DNA from: Podarcis pityusensis
Taxonomy: Eukaryota
Reading direction: 5' to 3' (one strand)
Length of the DNA: 64,000 nucleotides
NCBI GenBank assembly: GCA_964106645.2
Contig: OZ067048.1
A program made the position numbers and the translations under genes. The notes beneath the pieces are model-generated. The model had not been told where the DNA came from. It ran no database searches and saw only the letters and a program-made list of their open reading frames with translations. Positions 35,863 through 49,147 of the stretch are shown here, piece by piece (position 1 is the stretch's first letter; each line of letters begins with the position of its first letter).

Positions 35863-37455
35863 TAGACTTATTATCCCCTCAAATAATAGGTGGTATCCCA
35901 CTAAGTCAAACTCCAAGTAGGCCCATTAAGATAAAGGGGTCTACTCTGAAAATGACATATCTCTTAGAACAGCGAGTTCCTTGGGCAGGTGCTTCAGTTG
36001 CTTATCCAGTTTGGGTCAAGCAGTTTGGTATTTCTAGTGATCTGAACACTATTTTCAATAGTAAAAGAGAATGGATTGAAATGTTTGTTCCCTTCCTGCA
36101 CAACACAATGTTACAGTGTGTGAAACCTTATATACAGAATTAACTAGGAGAAGACATATTCTTACTGGCCCATTCAAAATGAGGCTTTGGGGGTAACAGG
36201 ATGCTATTGATTAAAAAGGAGTGAACAGCTAAAAATATAAACAGTTATCTGACAAGAAACAGCTTTAAAAAATAATAATAATAAAATAAAAATAAAAATA
36301 AATGTGTGTTGGTGTTTTAATCTCCTAATGCAGTGCTGTCAAATTTGCATCTGGACACAATGTAACTACTTTAGGGATTTTCACTGAGCCAGGCAAAGGC
36401 AGTTGTTAAGCTACATTTTGTTGATCCAAAAAGCTGGTATTAATACAAATTGCTAAAAAGCCAAGTCCCCAGTTATTACAAACCAAAATGCCCCAACAGG
36501 AGTCGCTGCTGTCAAATGCTCCTTGCAAACATTTGTTTGCGTTTTAGAAAGTTATAGTCATGCAGATGAGAAAAACATTGTGCAGCCACAAACAAGATAC
36601 AGAATCAATATATTTTCTAGATTAGGATATATAATCAATCAGTACCTCTATATCCCTTGACACATATGTATAATAGGGATGCTGCATTAATCCAGAAGAT
36701 ATGACTTATGACAGGTGTACTGCAAACTCTCTTGGTGTGGACTGTTATCCTAAATGCAGCTACTCTGCAATGGTAACTCTCCAAATGTACTTTGCACCAG
36801 GAAAAAACTGTTAGGGTCTGGATGTACAAACACTTGTGGCAGCTGGCCAGGGAGACATGTTAAGAATGGATATGCACACCCAAATGCACACCTTATTGAA
36901 AGCAGTGGGCGGTGTCTGCATTTGAACGTGCATCCCAATTCACACCTGGTTTACACTGGTCCTGACAGTGTCCTGGGGTCTGAACAGTAACACAAGCATA
37001 CGGTGTACGACCATTGTTCTGCAAGTTAGGTTGATGGAATAGCTCAACAATTCCATGGTGGAGGAGCTGGTTGAGAAGAGGTCCCATAACACCCGGAGCT
37101 CTTGACTGAAGCAGTTTTTCCCCTCCCCATCACGGAAAAGCATAAAACCAATGTCTTGGCAAAGGTGTTAGATTTTAGTGTAAGTCAAAAGACAAGCGCA
37201 AAAGAGCACTTGGGCACTTGAACTCAGTCTTAAGGTCACTAGAGTGGATCTGCATCCATCAATAGTGCATCCTTGTGCTGTAGCAAAAACATACCCAGGA
37301 TGGTGCTATGCAGCTCCTCTCAGTNNNNNNNNNNNNNNNNNNNNNNNNNNNNNNNNNNNNNNNNNNNNNNNNNNNNNNNNNNNNNNNNNNNNNNNNNNNN
37401 NNNNNNNNNNNNNNNNNNNNNNNNNNNNNNNNNNNNNNNNNNNNNNNNNNNNNNN

Positions 37456-37670
37456 CCGCTTTATCACTACCTTAAGGAGTCTCAAAGTGGCTAACAATCT
37501 CCATTCTCTTCCTCCCCTACAACAAACACTCTGTGAGGTGAGTGAGGCTGAGAGACTTCAGAGAAGTGTGATTAGCCCAAGATCACCCAGCAGCTGCATG
37601 TGGAGGAGCGGGGAAGTGAACCCAGTTCACCAGATTACAAATCCACCGCTCTTAACCACTACACCACACT
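37456..37670 (-). mobile_element. Squam3-like SINE, second copy; its tail runs into an assembly gap
   Basis: High similarity to 3600-3820 (acaaacactctgtgaggtgagt...cagcagctgcatgtggaggagcgg...ccgctcttaaccactacaccacact). Confidence 0.88.
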
Positions 37671-39527
37671 ATTGTAGTACAAATGTCTGTTTCACAACCT
37701 ATCACATTTACACAGAACCTTTTTGCACCCCCCTCAAAAGTGGAGGAAATGTTCTGGGACACTCAGGGAGGTGGGTGAATTTTCATTTCTCAATTTTGCA
37801 TAAGAGGTGGCCTAAGGTTTTTTCTCCCCTTTGAAGAAGAAGATATTGAAAGCATCAACCACCTCATACTTAAAGGTAAGAAATAAAAATTATTAAAATC
37901 TGTCTATCCACCCACTCAAAAAGAAAAAGGAAAAGAAAGATGAATCCAATATTGCAGGAAGACATTTTTTGCTGCATCCCCATGAAAACTGGAGGAAAAC
38001 TCTGGGGCTAATACTTCAGCCTGTGAATAACTATGAGTGGTCTATCACTTTACAACAACATGCTTAACGTTACTCTGTTTGGAAATCTGGATTTAAAAAT
38101 ATAAATCTAATAACCTATTTTCAGTGCTTTGCACCACTTTCTAGCTCAGAAACTACAAAACAAGAATCATTAGGTGCAATCTATAACCACTCTCGCCCTA
38201 TCAATATATTAAATGCAACAAGTGTGGACAAATTTGTTTTAATATGAGCTTTTATCCAACGTGACACAGAAAGCGGAAGATACCACATTACCACAAACAC
38301 TTTGTCAGGAACTACTTCGCTCAGTATTTCTAATTCACCAACCCGACTTTCATTTTATAAGTTAGATATAGCTGTGCCATTGTGTCTCTTGTTCAGCACA
38401 GTATATAATTTCCGGACAAAAGTAAATAAGAAGTTTCATTTGTCATTTAAGATCAACCCATAAGGTAGATGGAAAAGTATGCAGTTGGAAGTCTGAGAAT
38501 GCCTACAAAGCCATGTCCCATTGGGCTCAGTACTGCCTATACTTACTGGTAACAGATCTCCAGGGTTTCAGAGAGTGGTCTCTCTAAACCTTGCCTAGAC
38601 CTATCAAGGATTGAACTTTGGACTTTCTGCATACAAAGCAAATGATCTGTGGCTCTGGGTCTGCATAAATGGTGTAGGGTGCGTGTGTCAAGAATCCAGC
38701 AGACCACAATAAATGCCTGGTGGTTGCATGCAGGCCTGCTTTACTGAAATGAACTGATTGTTCAGTTTTCATGGGCTAGAGAAAAAGAACCATGAAAGAT
38801 TGGTCTTGTTATCTTGTTGGCACCCATGGCAGAAATGCTAAGAACGGAATGGGCCGAGTCCCAACCAAGATATTGGTGCTTGTGAAGCTATTAAGGCAAA
38901 AGCTGTCCCCTTTTCTGTGCTTCATTCTTCTTTGACATCATCCTGTCACCTTTCATGAAAAGTAAACGCATATCCAAACAACATTAAAATATAATTTGCA
39001 GTCAATCTATTTTAAACGAACTGTATTTCTGAAATATTCATTTGCCACTCTCTTCTTTTCACTATGCTGCTCATAAAAGCCAAGAGAAAGCTGAAACATG
39101 GAAGATTGTATTCCCAACAGCATAGGGAACCTGAAAGTTGGTGCTGACATGGAACATAAAGCCATGCCCTGATTATCTGATGACTGGCGAAGAGGATGAA
39201 AAAGGCCTTTCACTCTATAATGGAGGATGGTCCATCTGCTCACCAGACTGCTTACAATATGCCACCCGATCAGAGTTGGGATGGATCTCAGCGTTCAAGA
39301 AGTCCAACCAACTCCCAAGTAGAGGAGACCACCTTCAACCATAAAAAAAACATGTAGAAGGGACCGGAGCTTGAATTTTAACAGCATCTTTAAAGAGACT
39401 AAAATGCCAACTAACTAGTGGAATGAGTATCAGGTGCTAACGATCCTTAACAGGCATTGTTTATGCTTCAGCTGAGGTGGGAAATCGGTAGGTAGTTAAA
39501 TTCCCATAGCACTGCATTTTGGTTGCA

Positions 39528-39574
39528 GGTTCTGTGAACCACCCTGAGACCTCCAGGTATAGGGTGGTATATAA

Positions 39575-39607
<33 letters not shown>

Positions 39608-39608
39608 T
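39528..39608 (+). mobile_element. L2-type 3' tail with (TCAA)n microsatellite; similar tails near 7940-8025 and 48880-48965
   Basis: tgtgaaccaccctgagacc...tagggtggtatataaatt stem-loop followed by a tandem-repeat tail. Confidence 0.6.
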
Positions 39609-41511
39609 AAACTCTTGTTTAGCTCAAACCAGTTTCTGCTTAACCTGAAGACAGAATCTGCCTAAGAGAGGATGGCAATGAACAGTAATTTTTCAGATGT
39701 GGCAAGACAGGGACCCACTTGACACAAGAGACTATGTGGTACACCAAGAGTGGGACATCTTAGGTCCTCTGCACCTTGTTATTTGGCCTTGAAATTCTTC
39801 TGAGACCGCATCACCTAAAGGAGGCCATACCCTCCTTAATTGCTTTTGCTTTTCTAGAATGTTTCCTTGAACTGTGATAGCTCCTCTTGACTGACGAGAA
39901 AGAATATGAAGGTGTGGGCATGCACACATGCATGCGAAGAAACTGTCAACTTTTATTTGGCTGGATTGGAGCACTGCACCATCTACCAGTATGCAGCCCC
40001 TGGAAGGGAGCTCATGAGAGATTGCAGACCCCAGACTGAAAAGGGTTCCCCAGCATGGACTACACCCTGCCTATGTCTCTCTTTCTTGGGCTGCAACTTC
40101 TGGCAACGTCAATATGATGCATTTCATTGCATGCAAGAAAACTGCAGCAATAAGCACCGCGGTACCTTCAATGCTGATAAAATCCTTTTCTAAGCAGAAC
40201 TAAATTATATTATGACATCACTGTAGCATGCAAGATAAATTTAAGCAGTGTGTGTGTGTGAGGACATGTGGTGCCATCAATGGGATGCCAAGTACTACAG
40301 ACTTGTGTGACAGGTGAGAGACAATGAATCAGGAGAGACTAGAGAGAAGGATGAGATGGGTTTCAGCCAGTTTGATAATTTTGCATTCAAATATGTGGGT
40401 TTTTCAGATGCTACTGGAATTAATTGTGATGCATTAATTGAGACTTTTATGTAACCACCGACCACGAGTTTATGGGATGGAGTGGAATTAAAAAAAACCA
40501 CAAGAGACAAATAATATTATAGTACTGGTATCTACTGCTAAACCACACTTATAACCAAGGACATACCTGTCTCTTTATTACATACATAATAACAAAGGTT
40601 CCAAAGAGCATTGTAGTTTGAGACATAAACAAGAAAAGGATAGTGGAAGCGACAAAAAAAAGAGAAGACTGTTAATACTGTATACAAAAACTGTGAATAC
40701 AGTCAATGAATACTCTCAATCAGAAGGGAAGAACACTACCGGTCGAGCTACTGAAATGGTTTGCCAGTTATGTTGTTTATGGTAGACTAGTATTACGGCC
40801 AATGTAACTTAACAAGATAGAACTTGGCTGTTACATGGCAGTGGAATTTAGCACAAGGAATTCAAGAGCAGTGAAACCAGCTTTCACCAGTATTAGATTT
40901 TGTTGGCCTGGCCTTAAATTTGTTTTTGTAGATCTGTCCCTTAACAGCATTTAAGCACTCTTTTGTGGCTTAACTCAAAGTTGTACTGTGCAGGAGGGTA
41001 AGTAGTGGTGAGTATTAAGTAGTTACATTCCTCTCTGATTAGAGGAATCTGCATAAGGATACTACAACACAGTTGCGCCATTTTATTATTATTATTTTGC
41101 AATGTGAAATCTAATTCAAAAAGGAGGATGGATATGCTGAAATGTGTTTAGTTTGGGTTCCTTTAGTCTGTAGACAACTGAAACTGTTCTGTCTTCCAAT
41201 TTTATAACACTTTTACTGTGCATGTTTTAAAAAGAGCTGTTCCTCTCTTTTCTACTTGCTTAGCATGCTTTGTTCACCCTCACAACAATCCTGTGGTCAG
41301 GTCATCCTTACGCCCATTTTATAGATAGGGATACTGAAGCTGATGGTTGTGAAGGTTACGAAATGGGTTCACGACTCAGCTAGATTAGAAGGCTAAGTCC
41401 ACAGAGCCAAACTCTTATTGCATTCACGGTGTCTTAAGTCTCTGTTTAAACTTATTATCGTGGTTGTCCAGAATGATGCAATGCCCTATTCAGGCATTCT
41501 TCTCCTTACAC

Positions 41512-41647
41512 CAGGCACCCCCAACCTGCGGCCCTCCAGATGTTTTGGACTACAATTCCCATCATCCCTGACCACTGGTCCTGTTAGCTAAGGATCATGG
41601 GAGTTGTAGGCCAAAACATCTGGAGGGCTGCAGGTTGGGGATGCCCA
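41512..41647. mobile_element. Palindromic hAT MITE, same family as 8480
   Basis: TIR caggcacccccaacctgc / gcaggttggggatgccca. Flanks ccttacac/ccttacat (7/8). Confidence 0.9.
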
Positions 41648-42071
41648 CCTTACATAATTACTATGATGGGAGATAAGGATCAGGGATGTGTCCTCTGCTT
41701 CTGTCCCTCCATCACCATTCCCACAGTTTCCCATAGTTTGGTGCTGAACTAGCCTGTTTCATTCATGTAGGCTCCCTGAATAATGTTGAACCCGAGAATA
41801 TCAGCTTTCTAGGTCACACAGGGAGTCTAAATGAGTAGAAAAGGATCCTGGCTACAGACTTTCAGCTACCAGGTGTGGAGGGTTGTGAAGGTGGTGCTGG
41901 TGATGTGCGAAGGAGCGGCAGCCCCTCTGCTTCCCATAAAACAGTGGTAATTGTATGAGGAAGAACACCTGAAGAGGGCTGTACAAAGTGCAAGAAGTTA
42001 AGTAGTTGAGCTCATGCAGGGAAGTGGTAAAAGTGTAGGGAAGTCGCTTGTGTTGTAGGTAATTTATTATC

Positions 42072-42238
42072 ATGGCCCAGTCGTAGAGCATCTGATTTGC
42101 TTACAGGAGGTCTCAGATCCCTGGAATTTCAAAGTAGAAGAGATCTCGGGAAGAAATGCTGGAGAGCTGCTGCCAGTCAGTGTAGACAACACTGAGCTGG
42201 ATGGGTCAAGGTTCCTGAGTTTAAGACAGCTTCCTATT
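42072..42238 (+). mobile_element. tRNA-derived SINE with CR1-type tail
   Basis: gtagagcatctg head, ctggagagctgctgccagtcagtgtagacaacactgagctggatgg body, cagcttcctat tail. Confidence 0.8.
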
Positions 42239-43436
42239 CTTGCTTGTGAGTTCAAAATCTCCACTTAGCCAGCTGTATCGACAGCTGACCTCTGGCAAGC
42301 CACAATTCTCTGCCTCCCCTTTGCAACATGAGGATAATTCTACTCAGGGCCAGCCCAAGATGTTTGGCTGCTTGAGGCAAAACAGAAAATGCCACCTGCC
42401 CGTCTCAACCACTCCCTCCTCCACAGCCCAGCCACCACTGCCTCTACCTCCACAGTCCCCCATGCACTGACAAGTGCAGGAGGCAGCAAGCGGTGCTCTC
42501 CTTGGAGGCCAGACCTGTCACCCGAGGCAACTGCCTTAGTGTGCCTCATGGGCGGGCCAATTTTATTTAAGGGTCAAGACTGGGTACCACTCTGTTTATG
42601 GGCAAAATTTGAAGTGCTAGTTATTTTACATAAACACACACACACAACATTAAAATAAAACAATCTACCAGTGTTTAATTGTTTTTTAATTATTATTTTT
42701 TCTGTTTTTAGCTGTTCTTATTTTTATCTGTACCCTAAAAAACTGAAATATGCTATATAAAGGTTAAGTCTCATCCTCGGATTATATATAAGTTTAGGGG
42801 AGGAATCAGGGTTAGATCTGGAGAATCCTGGTTAATTTTTTTGTAAATTTAATTTATTCTAGTTGCAGCAATCTGCAGTAGCTTCAGTTCTCAATGGCAC
42901 TTCCCAAAGGAAGTTGCACGTGGAGCTTGTTGGAACAATCTAGGCGTGACCAAGGCATTTGACAGTGGCTACATTTCTCTCCTCTTGAAAAGGGTACAGC
43001 TGGAACTATACAAAGTCAATCCTGGCCACAGCCACTACCTTACAATCCAAGAGCAAACTCAGGTCCATTCCATCACTGACCTCAGGTACTTGTTAAGAGA
43101 CCTCAGCTCCTCCTGTGTATGTAAATAACAGGAAGCAAGTCCCACTGAAGTGGACTTTTAATAGACATGCATAGCCTTACTTAGGCAGAAGTTTAATAAG
43201 AGCAAAACCAGCACCTTATACCTGCCTTCACCAACTCTGCATCCACCAGGTGTTTTGTATGAAACAACCAACAGCTGTAGTCCATAACAGCTGTTATGGA
43301 AGACTGCCCTAGATGGAATGCTCCATAAAAAGGGGGAAAGCCGAGTTAACCAGATCGTGCTTTAGATTTCATACAACAAGAGGTGAGTTGGTGCTCATCA
43401 ACATATCACTGTAATATCAACCTTTTGAGGCACACA

Positions 43437-43651
43437 GGGTTGTATCCAAAGTAGTGCTTTGCCACTTGTTCCATTAGTGCAAGGATTTACTCTTGTACAA
43501 CTGAACTTTCCCCCTTCCTTCTATCTCTCCCTAAATCTGTTCTAGGGGGGTTCCTCTACCCCAGAACAGATTTGGAAAGGAGAAGGGGAAGTTCTGTTGC
43601 ACAAGCATAAATACTTGTGCTAATGGAACAAGGGTAATTTGATACCACACC
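43437..43651. repeat. Long imperfect inverted repeat (hairpin-type MITE)
   Basis: Arm ttgttccattagtgcaagg...aaatctgttctagggg pairs with ccccagaacagattt...cttgtgctaatggaacaa. Confidence 0.8.
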
Positions 43652-46600
43652 ACACAAAGTAGCTATTGCATCACAGGTGACAGAACCCACCTGCTTATAT
43701 CACACTATCAGAAAACATGCAGGAATCACCCAATTATGAAGTCAATGGTTTGTCATGTACCCCTGTCTTCAGAGCTTCCATAACTCTGTCCACTTTCCCC
43801 TATAAAGCCAATTTCAACATGAAACGATGCACCACAAGTCTTGGTGCAGAAGGAAGTGACTTGTGCAATGAAATATTTTCCATGGCCATCAATTTGTCAT
43901 GGTAGCTTTAAACCATATCGTTATTGTATCAGAAATGTATTTGAGTGTACCTACAACAACTGCAATGTGCAATGGGCTTCACAACATCATTATTTTTTCA
44001 TTCTTGCAAATACAGTGTGCTGTTCGTTTTACAGGTGGAGAACAGAGGTTGAGATGTTGTGGCTTCCTCAAAGCCACCAAATAAGTTTGCAGAACTTTTA
44101 CAACTTGATTTCCTAGGCTGGTGGTCCAACGTGTCCACTCTCTTACAATTAGCCCCTGCTGTTGGGATGAAGAGACTGTAACTGGTGAAGAAATGTTGGG
44201 ATTGGCTCAGATAAACGCATGGATGGGAATGGTACATCACAATCCTAAACCTGTCTTTTATGAGCCATGTCAGGATTTATTTATTTTTGCCCTGAAAGGA
44301 GCCTGAAAAGTACCTTTAAAAAATTAATAAATAAAGATGTGAATTCTGCAATTCCACTTTTCCAAGCATACTCTAAAAGAAAACAAATGTTAAGATTGAA
44401 TTCTTCTTTCTAAAACTTATGTGGGATGTAATCAGTATGTACAAGGAAGAAGAGCTGAAATGAAAGCAATGACAGCTCCCACCATCCGGCCTTCTACTCA
44501 CTTATAGTGGACTTTTCTAAAAGCAAATTAATTGCCCATGTAAAGTGGTTGCAAGCAGCTGTGATTTTGCTCCCTGTTTTTAACACCATCCTGGCTTTTA
44601 TGGGGTTTAAATCAGAGATATTTAGCATCACTTTGGAGATGTTTCCAGTAGCTAAGATTTTTGCACTTGGCTTGCCCTTGATTATTTCTTTCAGTGGGCA
44701 GCTATTAAGTGAGATCTGATTATTGCCTGAACCCAAGTAACACATCACAACATTTTTTAAGCTCTTCTGAAAAATATTCTGTGCCAGACGAAGCTATGTG
44801 AAGTGCAAACAATTGTGATAAATAGTTGAAGAATGGAGTGAAATGATTCAAATTATACATACACACACATATATATATATATATAAATCAAAACCCCAAA
44901 TACTGCAGCAGTGAAAATGGCAATGAAATAGTTAACAGACATATGCTGTATAATTAGGAGATGCATTAATGATTATGAATAGTAAATGATTTGGTGCAAG
45001 GAAGAAAAAAACCTAGTCAAAAGGGACATGCACCTATCTTACATGTTTTGTTAGTAACTGTATATAACTAGAGATTTCTGCTATNNNNNNNNNNNNNNNN
45101 NNNNNNNNNNNNNNNNNNNNNNNNNNNNNNNNNNNNNNNNNNNNNNNNNNNNNNNNNNNNNNNNNNNNNNNNNNNNNNNNNNNNNNNNNNNNNNNNNNNN
45201 NNNNNNNNNNNNNNNNNNNNNNNNNNNNNNNNNNNNNNNNNNNNNNNNNNNNNNNNNNNNNNNNNNNNNNNNNNNNNNNNNNNNNNNNNNNNNNNNNNNN
45301 NNNNNNNNNNNNNNNNNNNNNNNNNNNNNNNNNNNNNNNNNNNNNNNNNNNNNNNNNNNNNNNNNNNNNAGCATACTTTTAGCCTTTTAGAAACCTGTTG
45401 CATGGAGAAGGTTAAAAATATTTGCTTTATTATTGGGAAAGGATAAATGGAGTGCTAATTTGAAGTGAGAATGTGGTAAAAGAAAGGTTAAACATGATTC
45501 TATCAAAGTCTTATGAGATGCACACTAATTATCAAACAAACTGTATTCGAAAACCAGTTCACATAACTTGCAAAGATTTTGGAATATACATTGTTCTTCT
45601 GACTTTGTTTTTTTGGGGGGAGGGGGAGGGGAGGGGGTGTTACTAGTTTATTCTTTGCACAGACAACTTACTGCTGAATTAAATTCTTTCTAGCCATTTG
45701 AATGAAAACAATATTTTCACTCCAAGCTTGCTAATATTTTGATGGTGAGTGGCCACACCAGATTTGCTCATTTAAATGTACTTTGCAAGAAGCAGATTTA
45801 GAAAACAAGGCTGGGAATGGTGGGGGGAGGGTGAGCATTGCCTTTTAATATCCATCCCAGATGCATATTGAAAGAAAGACAATAAAGCAATGAAAAGAAA
45901 GCATCTGAAACAATTCATATGCAGGTTCTTATTGCAGCAAGCCTTCTCTTTCAGTGTAGATTGAGAAAAAGGCAATACTCTCTCCAAAGGTGAGTGCAGG
46001 AGGGCAATTAAATGGTCTATGCAACAATTTTAAACTTTGTAGCTCATGTTACATTTTAAAGGTCTCCAACATATTAAGGATATACTAGTAAAAACAAACA
46101 AACGACCCTTTTTTGCTTGTTAAGATTTTCGGCTGCTTTTTCATTTTAGAGTATATGTATCTGTGTAAAATGGGTGGGTGGGTGTTTGCCCACCCAAATA
46201 AAAAAGAAGCAGAGGTTCTGATCACTTTAGACATAAAGTACAATCAGCTCCTCCCAGCTGCCTCATAAGGTGCTGAACCCGACTTGTATTCCTTTTCTGC
46301 AAACCAGAGAGAGAGAGAAATATTAGGTCCATTATAGCCACAAAAAAATGGGACGGTAAGCTAGTGGCGACAATTGCATTTGCTATGTGATTTCGTTCCT
46401 CCTTTAAAAAAACAAAACAAAAACCATGCTGATGCCAGAATGCCCACTTTGTGCATACCAGTTCCAACAAGGGGTGGTATGATGAGGAAAAGCCTTCTAC
46501 CCTGCTGTGATAATATAAACAAGGCTATTTTGATACCCCTTTTTATAACAATAGTACGTAATAATAATACAAGAAAGATGTTGGTTGGACCCTCTTCTGA

Positions 46601-49108
46601 ACAGAGCTCTAAAGGTGATGAGCTCAGAACTCTGAAATGGAGGGCAGATAGGAATGAGAAAGTGAGTTTGTTAAATCGGGGGAGTAAAGCAATGTGCTGA
46701 AAGAGAAAGGATAAAGGGGGGAGGCTGACAAACTCAAGTTTTAAAAGACATGCATCTTTTCATTCCTTTTAATATCAATAACGGACCAGCCACATTAACG
46801 CTCAAATTTCCTTCAAAATAAACTTTTCTTTTATGTCGCCATTCCTATGGAATCCTATGGACTGAACTTTCATCATCAGAGAAATAAAATTTTGAATAAA
46901 CTGCTCTGACAAAGGACAGGTAGTGTGCCCTTCCTTCGAGGTTTACTGTGCCGTAACCTGAGAGGCAACACTCACTTTCTGTTAAGACCTGAAATGAATG
47001 TAAGGCTTTTAAAAGCTTAAACGTACACATTTGTGCATTCATTAGGCAGTGCTAAATCTAATTTGTTCTCTTTACTGTAACAGGAAGCACATGTTTAAAG
47101 CAATCTGTTTCCTCATATGAATGCTTTCCTGTCTGTTGGGGGGGGAGGAACGCAACACACTTTACCCCAAGTAACCAAGAGGTGATCGTAAATATCCCTA
47201 AATAGCATTAAACAGATATGAAAGACATTAACACTTCCAGAATGCCAAAGTAGTATTTTTTAAATTTTTTTTTAAATCTAACAGATGCTTCTAGGTCAAA
47301 AAGTGAAATGTGTGTTTCTTGAAAAAGGGGGGGGGGCATTCTCATCAGAATCATAAATGAACTGTGAGTGGAGAAATGAAGTGTCATGCAGAAAACAAAA
47401 GGATCCAGTTGAGAACTCCAACACGCCCTTGCCAGAGTGTGGGTTGCAAGGAAAGAGCCACATTTACATGTAACTTTGTTTAACAAATCAATATCCTTTG
47501 TAATCCACAAGGTGGCATTGGCAACAAATGACGGCTGCCTGTGTAGAATCTAGTCTGGGGCTGCTGAACTTTCCTTGAAAAAGATCCGATCTCTGTGAAA
47601 CGGAGTACGTACAAAAATCTAAGGGGACTTAAAAATCACTGGTGGGAAACGAGTGGAAGCAAGTCAGCCAAAACCGGATATTAACCATGTACTCTTTAAC
47701 ATTACATTTGTCACTTAAGTTGCAGGCGTTCGTTGGGGAAACGGATTTCCCCGCCCCCAGAGAAACACTGAAATAATACGTAGTGTGCACGTCTGGTGTA
47801 ACCAACAAGGTATTTCACCCCCTTTAAAACATCATCCCTCTATCACTGGCAAGCTGTCCTGCTTAAGAATTTTCGGAAACCATTAAAAAGAAATAACAGC
47901 ATAGGAATGACGCGGAAGAGAACAAGAAGCTCTTTGAATGCACCTAAAACATCTGTATAAATACTCCTATTATCTACCAGGGATTCAGAACTTCAAAATA
48001 AATAAACATTTTTTTCAAAAAAAAATTATAATATACAGTAAATTATCACGTTCAATTGCCCAGATAGATCTTTGATTCTAGTTGGTGATAAAGCAAAGAA
48101 ATGAGTGCAAAAGACAGTTTGCTACGGAGGCACGAGGCAAGCAAAGTGTGTCCTATGACACTCTGGGAAGAGGGACATCAAGCAGCCAATTAAAGAACAG
48201 CATTGAAGCATTCCAATGGGAGAATTATTATGCCCAGTTATTATGGCACATTCTGAGGGGGGCCTCCAAAGGTCCTACTATAACACATTTTTAAAGGTGT
48301 GAGAAACAGTTTGTCTTGCAAGGAAGAAATACATCTTTTTGCAAAAGGTTTCCGAGTGTCGTTCATGCAGATGATTCTTTTGTTTTATCCCCTGGACTGG
48401 TGGAGAGTCAGTGAGTGTGTGTGCTTGCTGCTGTGTGACTTGAGCACATGAGATGCACCAGATCAGACCCCCAAATGAGGCTCTGATGAATGAATGGATG
48501 CACTCAGAGAACGTGCCTGGCATCATGGAATGGGGTCAGTGGTGTTGTGCACCCAAAATGTAGCATTCATTTGCTGGAGTGACACAAGACTTCAATTTAG
48601 AAAGTTTAAAATTTTGGGTCAAAACACTCCGAAGAAGAAATCATTACATTGCTGTGTAAGTAAATGAAGAGAAGTGTTTTCTACAAAGACGCAAGCAGAT
48701 CAGAAAGTAAATAAAGGTGACAAAAACCCTTTTAGCTTCTGATCCTTGATTTGCACTTCATTATTTGGAAAGGCTCTTCCTATCCCTGAATGCCAGCGTT
48801 AACAGTGTTTTATAGGTTGTAATTGTTTCACCGATTATTTTATATGATTTATGCTGCATTTGTGGTGTTCTATTATGTAACATCACATTGCTATTACTGA
48901 TTGATTGTAAGCCGCTTTGGGATTCTTTTGAATGAAAAGTGGCATACAAATAAAATAAATGAAATCAAATAATCAGTCATTAACGTTTCAGATTATGATT
49001 ACAAATCAAAACCATGTATGGCTACAAGAACACCATGCTGAGATTTAGTTTTCAGTGGTTTGATCTGGCATTCCTAAGCAAAGGCTCATCTACAACTACA
49101 ACTTTAAA

Positions 49109-49146
<38 letters not shown>
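49109..49146. repeat. (AAT)n microsatellite
   Basis: About 12 AAT units. Confidence 0.97.

Positions 49147-49147
<1 letters not shown>

Noticed and set aside
40236-40254. aaatttaagcagtgt (KFKQC), similar to the recalled TCF4-H N-terminus
   Set aside because: It is on the strand opposite to TCF4, lacks an ATG and runs into a TG repeat.
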